A stretch of DNA of 64,000 nt from Cycas panzhihuaensis (GCA_023213395.1 CM041465.1:199151741-199215740), one strand, 5' to 3'. Shown: positions 26,681 through 41,756, numbered from the stretch's first letter. Made by a program: numbers and translations. The notes: a model not told the origin generated them from the letters alone.

Positions 26681-27945
26681 GGAAATATCATTACAATCCT
26701 TGTAATCTCATTTATGTTCTCAATTATATATTAGACATATATTAATTAGTTAATCCTTGAATTTGATCCATTCATAGTCTTGACCTAGTTAATGAGAACA
26801 TCTTAATATCCTTTGGTTGTAGAGGACAGTGGAATTCTAGAATTTATTAAAGGAGCTTATGTTTTTATTTCATGTTTATAGTTTTCATATATAATTTTAT
26901 AATATTTTTCACTATAATCTTCTTTTGTACCCTTATATAAACAAAATATTGCCCTCATATTTGCCATCATGAAACCCCTTATTAATATGCCTAAAATATA
27001 GCTGCTTCATAAATGTCAAAATTTTATCATGTACCCTATCCTTCATTAATTTTCTTCAAACCCTATTTTCCCTTCCAGGATGACTTTATTTTGTTTGTAT
27101 AACAACGTATAGTCATCATGATTCCTTTATAAAATATCATGTACTATGTATCAACCTTCAACATATTACCAACCCTTCATAAATTAATCATATTTAATAT
27201 ACTTTTTAACTGATAATATGATGTATATCATTTGTATAGGTCTGCTACTTATTTCATAAATTTATGGGATAATAGTTTGTGTTTCATCACTTTATGCCTC
27301 AACTTCTTCATTCAATCCTATCATTTTTATTATTTTATATTTATTTCTTAATAACTAAAGTACTATAAAAATACCTTTGACTAAAAGAAAATCCATAAGT
27401 TAAGTGGAGAAAAAATTCCATTAATAAAAAAAGGTAAGAGAGATGTCGATACTTATCTATTTGCTTCTACTTATTGTGAGGTTAGGTGAGACTGTCAATT
27501 TTACAAAACCTTAGTCAAGTTTATAGGGGATCAATCTATACAGGTGAACTCAATTGGCAATAATTCTTCTTTATCACATCATATTAATAAACATATTTAA
27601 TACCTACATGCTTCTAATATATGACACTAACATGTACATAAATAATTTCTATAATAAATCAATATGTCAATATGATATCAATTTACTATATTTATCATGT
27701 AGCTTCATCATCTATATGTGGCTTTATCACTCTTATATGTGGCTTTCATCACCTTCAACTTACCCGAAGATCATAGTCACATGTGAGTAGCATAATTAAC
27801 ATAATCAAGATTTTGTCTCATCAATTCACTCATCGCATTATCTCATATACTAGGTCTATGTTGGCTTATCTACTAGCTTCATTGGGTCATGTATAGGATT
27901 GCTACCTACTTCCATAAGATTTTTCATAGCATGGCTCTCATATCA

Positions 27946-30900
27946 TATTATAATTTAGAATTTAAGTCTAATACCATATTATGATATAGATATAATTTAT
28001 AATAGAAGTATTTCAAATATGTATAATCAATGGATTATATCATGAGGAATGTATACAATTCATGTATTAAAGATCAACATATCAAGCAATAACATGAATC
28101 ACAAAGTATAAACATTAGAAAGCATCATTGTAATCATTTATCATAGTAGATAATAGATTTAAATATGAAAAACCTAATATGGGAAAAACCATAAGAGAGG
28201 GTTGAAGTTAGGAGCTCCTCTTTATATATTAAATAAATTACATCTCTAAATGAGTCCTTCCTCTCTGTTAGGCATAATACCCAATTGCATACATTAACCC
28301 TATGCAAGCTTTCTCTATTTATTTATATTTTTATATTAGAGGTTGTGGCCCACCTAGAGATATGTGCCACCTCTAAGTTGACTAATGGGGTTATCTCACT
28401 AATGGTCAGCATGTACTATAAGTATGTACTTTTTTATTCTATCTAATTGAGTTTTGGCTAATTCTCCATATATCATATTCATTTGTATACATACTTCATC
28501 TTTCTTATGCTTTATTGATTTATCATTTTCTCATTATTAGATGTCTTGTTATATATTGCATTTCCAATTCTAACATGGTATCAAAGCCTAAGGTTCAATC
28601 CTTGGAGGCATCATTGTAAACCCTAGTATATGTTATCCTTGTTTTGATCTTTTAAGCCTTATAAAATTTTTGATATGCCTGCTTTGTGACTTAGTCAGTT
28701 GAAGGTCATTTCAAGTTATCTGAATCCATCTTATGCACACTTTGTTATGGGACTATTATCAACTATTAAGGAGCCATTTTGAAGATTTTTGTAGTTGTTT
28801 GAAGCCTATTAAAGCAGCTTAAGTGGATATATTTTATGCATGTAGCACCATAATAATATTACATGCAGGTTCTTAATGGTAAAAGTCCACAATAATTCCT
28901 TTTACAAATTTCAATTTCTGTATAATTGACTCCTTTGCATATTAGTGGACATATTACAATAGGAATCATTAATAGTAGTTTAGAGAGTCCTTCTTGCTAT
29001 CTAGAGGCCAAGAGTGACTCTATTTTAAAAGGTTTTGTAGATTTGTAAGTGAGTAAAGGTCATGTATTTTTCTGATGATATGTATTACCTATGTGTCTTA
29101 TTGTATTAAAATAAATAAATAAATATTATATTTATAGCCTTCAAATTTAGCCTATGTTTTATGTATTAGGAAAAGGAAAGTTGCCAAGTTTATCTGTTTG
29201 GAGGCCATGATAGTGTATTAGATGAGTCTCTATCTATGCTGCCATATCTCTAGTTTGGCCTCCTATTTTTCTCTCTAAAAAGAAAATTGGGTCTATATCT
29301 CTCATAGATACAAATTATAATACATCTGTAATCAAGATAATAGTAAAAAAATAGTGATAGAATAGCTGTGTGTGTTTGGTATGGTTGAGGTTAATTATCT
29401 GTAACATTATTCAAAACCTTATAAGAAGTACTAACATGCTTTTTAACTGATGTTGGACACTTTAACTAGACACTCTAAATGGGTGGTGACAGAACAAGAT
29501 GATGACAATGTGTTAGTGATGTCGTACCTTTCACTTCTTACTTGGACATGATCAACAACACTTACATGAATCAACCTTATAATTAAGTTATTCAAAATAT
29601 ACTACAAGGTCCTAACACTCTTCTATTTATATATTACCTTCCATTTATATAGAAGATGACTATGTGAGTATGCCCATGCTTTTCTCATATGGCACTTGAT
29701 CTATAGTAGGTCATCCCTAGGACTAAACCCTCACAACCTCACTGTGGGATGTTCTACCATAGCCAATCTTTATTTATAGTAGTAGTTAGGTAGTATGATT
29801 TCATCCATAGATACTAGAGACACCAATGAGAGAAAAAACATTCTTTCCTCATCAATGTCTCTGGAACTAGTTCGAGAGATAAGAAGGGAGAGGTCAAACC
29901 TGAGGCTGAGTAACCTTAGGAAGCATATATATGGATGGTTGCAATAGGGAAAGTAATGGCTTTTATTGGTTCACATCATATCAATACAGTAGAAGTAAAA
30001 TCTACTCTTGTTTCACATCCTCTACGTTTTCACCCAGGAAAAGTCTAGGCATCGATCTCAAGCCATCTTATGCAAACCTGCAAATGCATCACGTGGATCT
30101 GCATAATAATGGCAATGCAGACCTATAGTCCATCCATGGCAATGGCCCTATCAAAGGCAAAAAATATATTTAAAACCCTAAATATTATTTAGGATTAATG
30201 TATTCAATATTTTTGGTGCATAGTTTATTTGGCAAATGTGATTTATCTTCTAAATCCATCTTTTTTTTTTTGCATTTGAAAACTTGAATTAAACTACATT
30301 AGATAATGGTTTTGATTCCACATAGCCCCTAATTTATTAACCTTGGGGTTACATTAAGCTCTTATATGACCAGTAGCCAGTAGTGAAAGGGGCTTAATGC
30401 CTTTTTTTATATTTTATGTAGTACTTGAGCTAGAGGACTCTCTTTTTAGTCCTATCTACTGCGTTGGGTTTGTAACTGAGAGACCTTTTATTTGGTAAGT
30501 TATTTGACATCATTTAGAGTTGTTTCCATGAAGAAATTTTAGTTCAAATTCACAGGTTTATGTTTTTCTTCATTTTTCTTAGCTTCTTCAGGCACGTATT
30601 ATATTTTCAAGGCTCTCTGATGTGGTGTACCCCAAATGGGGGGGGAGGGGATAACATATACCAATGACTACTTTTTATCTTTTGAGAACCCATTGAGTTT
30701 TATTTTGAGCTTTATGAGAGAGAGTCATTTATATAACAATTTAAGTCACATCTATCATTTTTTAAGTCATGTATTAACTTTTATTACTAGAGTTTTATTC
30801 TATTGAGACAAATTTAAGGCCATAGAGCCTATTGTATTTTCAGCCATTAAATGCTGAAGAAGTGATAGTCCTATTTAGCAAGAGATAAGATACACTTTGA

Positions 30901-31743
30901 AAAGCTACTCTTGTGTTACTTGTATATTTTTCTGGTTGCACTCCCATATGAGCAAGGGGTGGGACTATTTTATGACTACTCTTGCTAGCTCTGATTGATC
31001 CATGTACACAAATGGAGTTCCTACCACTTGGTAATTATAGTGGCTAGCGACCCATACATTCCAGTAGGTGGACTTTACTTTATATGGACATCGATAGCTT
31101 TCTTTTATTTATGTATAATAGCATTTGATCTAGTATAGTTTTGAAGACTTGAGCTTTATTTAATGTGACAATCATTTATATAATTAACTATTATAAGGGG
31201 GAAGGTTGGGTGTAATACCCAATTTCATACATTAACCATATGTAAGCTCTCTCTATTTATTTATATTTTTATATTAGAGGTTGTGGGCCACTTAGAGACA
31301 TGTGCCATCTCTAAGTCAACCAATAGGGTTCTCTCACTAATGGCCAGCATATACTATCAGTATGTACTTTTTCATTCTCTCTAATTGAGTTTTGGCTAAT
31401 TCTCTACATATGGTATTCATTTGTGTTCATACTTCATCTTTCTTGTACTTTATTGATTTATGATTTACTCACCATTAGATGTATTTTTGTATATTGTATT
31501 TCTAATTCTAATACTCTCTTGATCCTTTCTCAAGTTCTCAGGTGGTATGTATATATATTTGTATGAATAATCTCCTTATATATAGCTTAAAATATCTCTT
31601 CAACCTTTTCATCATCTAATAAGTTATACACATAAATAATCTTGTATATCATATCTATCAATGTATTTGATGAGTGGTTCTTTATATGAGTTTAGTATAT
31701 TACATCAAATATTATATATATGATATTATCACATATTCTAACA
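27946..31743 (-). mobile_element. 5' LTR of a minus-strand element (same family as 9206-9723), split by the 28266-31513 insertion; PBS at 27933-27945
   Basis: Colinear with 9206-9723 once the nested element is removed; degenerate PBS GGCTCTCATATCA adjacent. Confidence 0.75.
28266..31513 (+). mobile_element. Non-autonomous LTR element (3.25 kb); LTRs 28266-28575 and 31204-31513; TSD CTCTC
   Basis: Two 310-bp direct repeats; PBS TGGTATCAAAGCC (28576-28588); PPT AAGGGGGAA (31195-31203); CTCTC at 28261-28265 and 31514-31518; faint Gag-like VLNGK remnant near 28870; no pol. Confidence 0.93.
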
Positions 31744-32489
31744 TATTAAGTTATGACCCTTTATAGATACAAGTCTTTATAATATACCAATCTCTCAACT
31801 AGCTAGGGCTAATTCCCTAGTAGAGGTGTGGTTATATAAGTGTGCTTTATAGGTTATGACCTGTCCATAAAAACCTAGACTTTTGAATAACTTTTATATC
31901 AAGGTATCAAAGAGTAAATGGGAGGACTATATATTCATTTTTTAGGAGTGTGTCATGAAGCCATGGCTAGTTGAGTGGCCTTCTCTATAGAGACCATATG
32001 GAGATTTATCTTACCACCACCTACACCATGCATTATTTCTTGAGGTATCTTATGGTTTTCATTAGAGTTCACTACAAAGGTTGGACATGATGATTCAAGT
32101 AAAGTTTAAGGTTACATAACCAAAAGAGACCACCCAATAATCCTTGATCGAAGGAGTGTATATAAAGCTTTAGATATCTTAAGGTGGTCATTGTCTCTTA
32201 GTATAGAGATAATATTATCATAATAGCCTAGTACTAATATTTTCTTTAGAGTAGGCTAAACCCCTCTTTTCTAGAGTCAATTTTTTGTCCTTTGAATTAT
32301 TTAAACCCCTAAGGATATGATTTTAGATAAAGGCAATATATACACTCTACTATCACTTGATTGAGTGCTCCTCTTTAATAATATTATTTTAAACTTATAA
32401 AATACCAACTGAGATATGATCTTAGATTCACCCTAAATATACAAGTTTTTTAGGTGAAATATAAGGTTACTACATTTCCTAAGTCAATT

Positions 32490-33575
32490 GTCTTAATCCA
32501 TCTGAAGCCAAAATAGCTTTACATGAATACCATGATGGTATTTGTAGAGGTCATTTTGGACCAAACTTAACAGCATAATATATCCTTTCGATGGGATATT
32601 ATTAGTTCACACCTTTTAAAGACACTCATACTTATGTCTTAAGATGTAAAAAATGCCAAGTTTTGGTGAATATCATTCATTAATCTATAGTCTCTAATAG
32701 AGATGTAGTCTCACCTTAGCCATTTTCCTGATGGGATTTATACCTCATTGGTCTTATTACCTCTGCTATAGTAGGACGATATAAGTTGACCTTAACGACC
32801 ATAGAATATTTTATAAAATGGGAACAAGCCATTTTACTTTCATATAATACTAGAAGAGTTGTTAATATGTTTATATTTAATAATATCATTTATATATTTG
32901 GTACTCCTAATATTATTGTTAATAATAATGAATCTTTTTTTTGTAGTAAGTATGTAGAAGTTTTGAGAAAAGAGTTTTAAATCATACATAAGACCTTGTC
33001 TCTTTATTACCCACAAGCTAATTGTCAAGTTAAATATTTTAATAAGATATTGGTCAAAATATTTGTAAAAATAATGTCTAATTCATAATATTATTGCCAT
33101 ATGCAACTTTATCCAACTCTTTGGCCATATAGAATATTAATTAGAACTATTACTAGTACGACATCATTTTTGCTAGTTTATAGTTCAAAAGTAGTCCTTC
33201 TGTTAGAGATTAAAACCCCTTCTCTTTGTGTCTTTAAAAAAAATCATAGATGAAGAATAGATTCACTAATCTAAACTCTTAAAATTGGGCCAAATGTATG
33301 AAGCTAGATCAAATGCTTATTAGAAAAATATTACTAATAAATAAAAGAATTACTTAGCATATGATTGAGAACATCAACCTAAAATCTTTGTTATGGGAGA
33401 TAAGTCCTTAAACTTCAATACCTTAATGACAAGTTATATAAATTTGAACCAAAATAGGTTGGCCCTTTTATCATCCTTGAACATCTGAAGAATGGAGCTT
33501 ATAATCTTGCTACTTTGGAGGGCCTCAAGCTTAATAATTTAGTTAATTCCTAATTTCTTTGTAAATATATACATG
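32490..33575 (+). pseudogene. Ty3/gypsy Tat-like integrase remnant
   Basis: LHEYHDGICRGHFGP..GYY*..FKD..VLRCKKCQ; EYFIKWEQAI; YYPQANCQVKYFNK; KFEPK*VGPF. Confidence 0.9.
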
Positions 33576-35002
33576 AAAGAGCATCCTCAGTAATGAGGAT
33601 AAATTATAGATCCAAAAATATAATTGCTAAAGAGACTAAACTATAGTAAGTCACACCATAAGAGTAGAAATTATTATTCATTCTCCATAATGAGGTTAAA
33701 TTATGGCTCTAAAAATTTAAATTTCTAAAGATCTTAAATTATGGTGAGCCACATACATTACAAAAATTAGAAAAATATATTTATCATAAAAAGGGCAATA
33801 TTAACTTTGTATAATTCATTTTTAGTCCTTATAAAACTCAAGATGATATATACATGATTCGAAAACAAATAAAATAATGATTATAGTTCTTACAAATTTG
33901 ATTTTTTTAATGTATCCATGAGTGTTTGTCTCTCTTTGGAGTGTTCATGCTTTATTTTTATAGGTATATCTCATACATTTCAATTTTTTTCTCTTAGGAC
34001 ATTGATGCTTATATTTGGTATTTATTTTGTCATACCTCTCTCTCATATTTCCATTGAAAGCTTCTACTTATAACACCTATTTTTCCTACTTAAAAGGGAG
34101 TAATCTTTATATTTCTCCCTAGTGTGATTTTTCAATAATCCACACAATCTAAGAAGACTTGGATCTCCTGATTCTTACCATATATATAAATCACACATAC
34201 ATATATTAGGAAAAAAATAATTAATATAATTGACAAATTGTTTACTATCCTTATGGTTTATTATAGTAAGATTACATTATAGTCATAGTGAACTTTATAT
34301 TCTATTAAATGCTTTTGGAATGAGGTAGATGTCCTCAAATGGACTAACTCCTCCTCATTTGAACTTGAACGTAGCTCTCATATGTTGAGCCTCTTATGCT
34401 AGACTAGATGAGATAACTATCATCTTGTCTATGGATTTAGTAATAGATTAGTTATCTTAAGTCTCGCATTGCCATTTATTAAATCATATATTTTGATCAT
34501 ACAAAAAATAATATTATATAAGATTTGATATAAAGAAGAAAGAAAAAATAAGTGTTATTTATCATATTCTCTAAATATATTAATGATTCATTAGTGATTT
34601 ATTCATGAGGTTTATCTAGTCATTCGTTGTACTTCCAACCTCTATTTGATTATATCATCAACTTTTCTTTAAGTTTAATGGTGATTGGTTTCATCAATTT
34701 CATAATGCCATCCATTAAACCCTATGATTATTCAATCATATATATGTAATCTTAGCTTACAAGCTCAGTGGTAGCTATCTCATACTAGCTTCACATTATA
34801 ATGTGTTAGACCATAAGCTTAATTAATGTACATAAAAAAGATATTATAGTTAGATGGAATAAGGTATTAAAATTAACATTCTTAGATGTCTTATTTTTAA
34901 TTAATTTTTCCTAGAACATAAAGTATTTATTTTACCATTATTATTCTCCTTATTAAATGGTTTCTACAAACTCTTATATACATTAGATTATACATTCAAA
35001 TC

Positions 35003-35330
35003 GAATGTCTATTTATATGGTATTTTACATTTATACAAATGGAGAAAGTCATGGAAATCTTGATCCTTCCAATTCATATGTCATGATTATTATAGCTTAT
35101 AACTTTAGGTTATGATCCTTTCCCTAAGTTTTTGTATTTTAGTTATTATTTAATTATTGTTATGAGGAATGTCTATTTATATGGTATTCTACATTTATAC
35201 AAATGGAGGAAGTCAAGTAAATCCTAATTATTCCTATTCATATTTCATGTTTATTGTCGGTTATAACTTTAGGTTATGAGTCTTTCTCTTATTTTTTGTA
35301 TTTTAGTTATTATTTAATTATTATTATGAG
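35003..35330 (+). repeat. 164-bp tandem duplication spanning the aRH/copia-LTR junction
   Basis: Copies 35003-35166 and 35167-35330 both start GAATGTCTATTTATATGG and end TTATGAG. Confidence 0.9.
35181..35234 (+). pseudogene. aRH N-terminus (continues at 47810); duplicate copy at 35017-35070
   Basis: MVFYIYTNGGSQVNPNYS / MVFYIYTNGESHGNLDPS, homologous to MSIYIFIDSGSRGNLGPS of the intact aRH. Confidence 0.8.
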
Positions 35331-37809
35331 TTGGTATGTCATTGAGAGTTACACTATTCCGCTCACATGTGTTAATCCTTTTGGGATCAATATTCCTTTT
35401 TAGGATTATATATAAGCACTTATTATGCTTTGTAAAATGGAGAAAAGAAATTAATGAGAATGAGATTTAGTTTTTATATCTTGTAAAATCAGTTTTCCTT
35501 AAGTGAATAGATTAATCTATCTTATTTAGGTTTTCTCCATATTTATTTTAAAATTGTACATGGTAGTAAAGTTTATTTTAGGTGTAATATTGATTGTATT
35601 TTTTGTTTATTATAATAATCTAGTGTATATGATTACAATTTAATATTATAAGATAGAAGATGTGAATATTATTTACATTTTTATCTCCATTACTATATTG
35701 TAATATGTTTATTAGGTAAGATATTTTGTTATTAGATAATGTATTAGGTTATGCATGTTACAAGGTATTTTTATAGGTCTATCTAGTGTTTGATGATCAA
35801 TTTTTGTAGTGAAGGCACCCCTCTATAAGGTTTATTTTCAAATACAAGCTTCTAAGTAATGCTAAGTAGACCTTACTAATTATAATCTTCAAGGAGAAGT
35901 TGTCTTAGAATAAGGTGCATATACTTGTTCAAGGTTAAATAGTATAATCTTTAAATAGGTGAAGATACATCTTCATACACTTAGTGTATGCAACCCTTCT
36001 TTTCATTATCTTATAAAAAACATTAAAAGGAATGAAATATGAAAATTAAAACTACATGTAAACATGAGGACCAACTAACTAGCTTGTAAGCTTAAGCATT
36101 AGAGTTGGTCATAAAAACAACTCATTTAATGAGAGTTTAGACAACCTATTACTCTATAATTAAGCTAAGTTAAAGGGAAGATAAATAGCTATACTAAAGG
36201 CCTACATAAAGCAAGTTTTTATGCCTCATAGAGAAACTATATATGCCTTTGATAACACCCAAAAATCAAGAAGAAAAAACTATTATAAGCCAGTTGAAAA
36301 ATATTATAGTTCAACCCTATTTAAAAGGAGAAATCATTGTTTAAAATGAAATATTTTTAATGGTATATTAATGCCATTAATGTAGGCCACTTGAAAATGA
36401 TAAGGGCCATTAAAAATGTTCTAAATTAATTATTTTAATGTTATGCTAAAATAATGATTGAGTTACCATTTTTTTACATTGAATCCACCTTCATTTAGAA
36501 GGGATAAAGAGTATTAAGAAGGTGAATCAAAGATGATTTATAAACTTTAAAGAGGGTCAAGTATCAAAAAAATATTTCAAAGAATATGTTAATATGTATA
36601 ACCTAAAGTTATTCTTAACCCTCATGCAAATAATTTTCTTTATCACCTCTCTATTAGGCAACACAAAGGAAATTATCAAGTGAATAAATGAATGGTCTTT
36701 TTTTATCGATCTTGATCGATCAACCACCAGAGATTACATACCAATAGATCTTGAGATTGGATATGTTATTTATATGCCCTCACCTAATGGAATCAAAGCC
36801 CACTATTTACAATGAACTGCCCTTAGGAAAATAAAACTCATAAAGAAGCATGGTGTCATCGAACATTTGAACCAACATTCAAGCCATGTCTATTTACTAG
36901 TGAATGAAAGTCTGGGATATCATATTAAAGGATACAAAGACCTAATAGAGAGATGGCCCTCAATGCCATTATATACTATGTTGAAATAATCTCACATCCA
37001 TTTTTAGGGCTACAATAACATACTATTTAGAGATGAAGAACTCATAACCAAGGAATGCCATAATAGGAGTATTGCGAAGCCATTGAAGGCTACAACATTA
37101 CATTAGAGAACATAGAAAATAACCATTAGAGTTGATTAAGAGCCAACATACTAACTATAGAAGATAGACATAACTAAAGAAAGGAATGTGTATTTTTTAC
37201 ATGCAAATATATGTAATTATATTCAAAATTATAATCATCTAACCCACACTAATATTCATAACTAGATTCTTAGAGAAGATGCACGATTAAGAGGAAAGAA
37301 CCCCTTTTTGTGGAGAAGGAATTGTTACAACAATTATTAGAGAGATAAATATTATAATGAATATTATATTCTAGACTTGAACAAAAGGATTTTTCTATTT
37401 TTTATAAATTTATACAACATTAAACCAACATTGATGAATTTTAGATTTTACAATAGGACCCTTAGCCTCTCAACCCCTAGTCACATGGTCTACAAGGTGC
37501 CATGGTCTTTTCTGATTCATTTGGAGATTATTTTGAATATGTGAATACTCCACAGTACTAACTGCTTTAGATCAATAATCTACAAGTGGTCACATATAGC
37601 ACTTCTATATAAATTTTTAAAGAAAAATAAAAAGTAAATGGTTCTTTTAGCTTTCTTTGGTTATTTTTTAGTAGAACAAGGAAGCAAAATAACATATATT
37701 AGCTACTTGTGTGTATATTGAAGAATTTTGTAGCTTTTACAATTTATTTTCATGTTGTTTTAATTCCTTTCTAGTTGTTTTCTGTCTATTTTTTGCTTAA
37801 AATAGTTAG

Positions 37810-39009
37810 TAGAGGAGGCATAATAAGTTCAATCATAGAAAAGTTACTTGGTCTTAGAAATTATACTACTTGGAAACATTACATGATTAGTTTCATTCAT
37901 TTAAATGATCTTTTGATGTATGTTGATAATTTTATAGTGGGAAAAGATAAAACTAAATCATTACTTCTAAAGTTAAACTAAAATCAAATGTTGACTTTAA
38001 TATTGAATATCAATCTAAATACAAACAACACTTGGCTTTCTTAGCATGTCTATTAGTAGGAACATCATATTAGACATCAAGGGTATTACTATTATGAAGC
38101 AAATATGGAGCATAATAATGAATCTATATGAAGATAGGCATGATGTAAGAGCCCTAAACCTATAGATTTAAATATATAGTTCAAAGACAACAAACACTAT
38201 GATAGAACACATGAGAGTTATGAGATTTATATAGTATCAATTGATAACAATATATGAGATTATACTTTATTCAAAAATACAACCTATATTCTAAGGATTT
38301 TACCACTCTAGTATAGGAATTTCTCAACTACATTAACATCATGTAATAAATTATCCACTCTAACAATTACTTTTTTACAATCCCTATTTATGGAACATGA
38401 GAAAAATTTAAAGCAAATATTTGGTAATTCATCTAGAGTACTAACATCCAAATCAAAAGGGAAAAATCCTTATATTCTAAAGAATAATTCACCTTCTAAA
38501 TCACCCATTCAAAAAGATAAACTAGGAGGATCAAAGGGACAATACAAGATGATATGTAATCATTATAGAAAGTTGGGATATATCAAGAAGGATTTTTGGG
38601 AATCGCAATGACAACATTCATAATAGCCTTAATAATAACTCTAATTGTAGAAGTAGAAACAACAATAATAATCCCCATTTAGATAATAAGGCCACATGAT
38701 GAATTCAACTGAGGATAGACCTACTGAAATTGTAAAGCATTTATTTATTACCATGAATAAAATAAAATATAATACATACGATATTTTCTTTATTAATATA
38801 GATGCATAAAGACATGGGACTAGAAGATTGGATTGGTTTTATCAGATGTGGTAAGTGAATCAAAAGCTTACTATTAAGGATAATAATGATTTGGAGGCCA
38901 TTGAAGTTTAAAAAGTACCATACATCATGCCAAATGGTGAATATATACATGCTTAATTTAAAGGTAAATCTTATTCCTATAAATGAAATTAAAGAATAAG
39001 ATATGACTA
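37810..39009 (+). pseudogene. Copia gag (with degenerate zinc knuckle) and protease region
   Basis: IEKLLGLRNYTTWK; CNHYRKLGYIKKDF (decayed CCHC); NLIPINEI reading continues at 41949. Confidence 0.75.
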
Positions 39010-41708
39010 TGAAAGAATATTGGCAAGAAAAGCATTCTCCGATACCACTTGTAGAAATTAAATAGCCATATATAGGTCAAAGATCTAATAAGACTATAAA
39101 ATTAGAGACATGTTGGTAAATAATAAATGAAAGAATATGTACAAACATATAACACAAACACTTATGGGAAATTATCACTTTTGATTGTATTATAATAAAC
39201 TAATACATATATATAGCACCTATTACTACCTCATTGCACAATTACATTCCAAGAGCTACTTAGTCAACTAATAACTAATTACAATGAAGAAGTATACATA
39301 CTATGACCTCTCCAATGTATATTAAGGGGATAACCACATTTATTTACATTAAATAAATATTCACATAGCTTAACATTATCCATCATTCTCCCTTTAATAC
39401 TAAACCATGTCACATAACTACTTTAAATCTTGATTATAGGTCTATATAAAAGCCAAACATCTACTAGAACACATGGATAACTAGTCTTTATACCTGTCAA
39501 TCCTCTAGAATAGCATTTTCATTCATGATTCACTAATATTTATCTACTAAACATCCTTCACCTATTTTTATTTCTCATATTTTTAGCTCTCTTGACTGAG
39601 GACGTAGCTCAAGGAGATAAACTAAGCTAAGACCTCTCAAATCCATCCATGGAACCATAGAACAAACATGCAAAAATACTTATCTAAATAGAAATATGTG
39701 ACAAAATGCCTCTTTTTTTTTTTTATCTCAAACTTCATTTAAATATCTTATCAATTTTACATCTAAATTTCACACCATTAAAACTTTCATGAAAAATCCT
39801 CAAAGCATATCATGTAGCCACTCATTGGAAATATTTATGAGTTAGCTTCATAATGCAATTAATACAACTTAATTTTAATGTTATATAAGAGAGTTATAGC
39901 CATTTTACTAAGCATAAGTCTATGAAAAATTAAAAAAAATAGTAAAAGAAGGGCATGTAGCCCCTTTCAATTTGGCTCTTGCTTGTCTATACCACCTCCT
40001 CCAAGGGCTAAGTAGACTTCAAAACACATAATAAATAATTTAATAATACTGACTAAACTTTATAAACTTTAGAATATAGAAAATCAAAAATTTTCAATAA
40101 GGTTTTATCGTATGACATGGCCACATGATTATAGAGCTTTCAATGATGCTCGGTTCACTTTCCTTAACTATTTTTTGATTTGAAGGCATCTAACATCCAT
40201 CTTTTGACACTATGAGAAAATAATATTTTAAAATGTTCAAACTCTTACAAAGTTTGAATATTGACACTCTTACTCACAATAGAGAAAATAATGTTTTAAA
40301 ATATTCAAACTCTTATAAAGTTACCCAAACACTATCAACTCCACTCAATGGACTATTCTTCAATTATTTTTGAATCTACAAGATACATACTAAGCTTTAT
40401 TAATGTCGTAGACCTACTAGAAGTGATGGAATCTGAAAATATTGACTTATCAGTGAGTTTTCATTAAAGATAGTTGACCAACACTATAATAGACCTTCCT
40501 AACCACTATTAGAGATAGACAGGGCTCAAAATTACGTTAGCATACTATTAAAACATTGATAGATTTTCTACAATAGCTATAGTGCTAAAATATAAGTAAA
40601 ATTTGAGAAAGAAAAGACCCAAAAAACTATTAAAATCATACAATCCCTTATTATTCCATGCATCAATGTGGCTCTCAAACTAGCCTATAGCATTTTCCAT
40701 AACCTTAGATCTCGTCATATGATTTATTACAACTCCATAGTAAAAGGATCCCTCATCCAATGCTCTAATTTCTTTATTAAATTATAACTTTCAATCTTTA
40801 AGTTGATGATTGGGTAGCATGCTTTAAATAAGTACTCCAATGATCCTACAAACCTTTGTTGTATATATAGTTGGTTGACACTTTGTTTATATGCAAAGTT
40901 TCTCAATATATCAACAAGCTCTACATTAAGCCCTAAACATGCCAATTTTCAATAATGTAAGCCAGTGAACTATTAGTAACTATTAGTTTCTCTTAACATA
41001 TCATAAAACCCTTATTATTCATGGTACCACTTCATGATATATGGAAAAACCATGACTAACCCACCATAATACCAACTTCATGGGTTAGTAGGCCTATATC
41101 TAAATCCTTACTCTTGGACTCATGTGGAATACCCAGATTATATTGGTAAAACATGTAAATGACTAGTCTAATAATAAATCAAATATGTAGTAAACCTTTA
41201 TGGGATTTGATATAACCACAACATATATGCTTTCACTAGATTTACCACATAGGCACCAACATGCTCCAAGCTCATGACACTAATATACTATTAGGTGCCC
41301 TATATAACCATAGTTTAAAATCATTCATAACCTATAATAGAACTTCACCCTATAAATAAATAGACTATCCACCTTATTGGGCATAAATAAGCAAATCTCT
41401 GATAGGTGGATACACTCATAGTCATATATCCTAACTAGGGTCAAAATTGGCTTAAACTTAGGGCTTTGATACCAATTAAAAGAATGTGGGTGAGAAAAAT
41501 ATTCCTTGATACCACTTATAGAAATTAAATGCTCATACATAAGTCCAAGATCTAATAAGACTATGAAATTAGAGATATATAAGTGAATAATAAATGAAAG
41601 AATATATGTAAATATATATAACAAGTATTTATAAGAAATGATCACTTTCAATTGTATTATGCCAAATCTATCTATCTATCTATCTATCTATTTATCTATT
41701 TATCTATC

Positions 41709-41756
<48 letters not shown>

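Noticed and set aside
29931-30128. F-box-associated-domain-like peptide (MDG..FYWF)
   Set aside because: Too short and weak a resemblance to support a call
9206-31743. Single 22.5-kb element bounded by the LTRs at 9206 and 27946-31743
   Set aside because: Flanks TTCTT and TATTA do not form a TSD and the LTRs are quite diverged; treated as two insertions of one family
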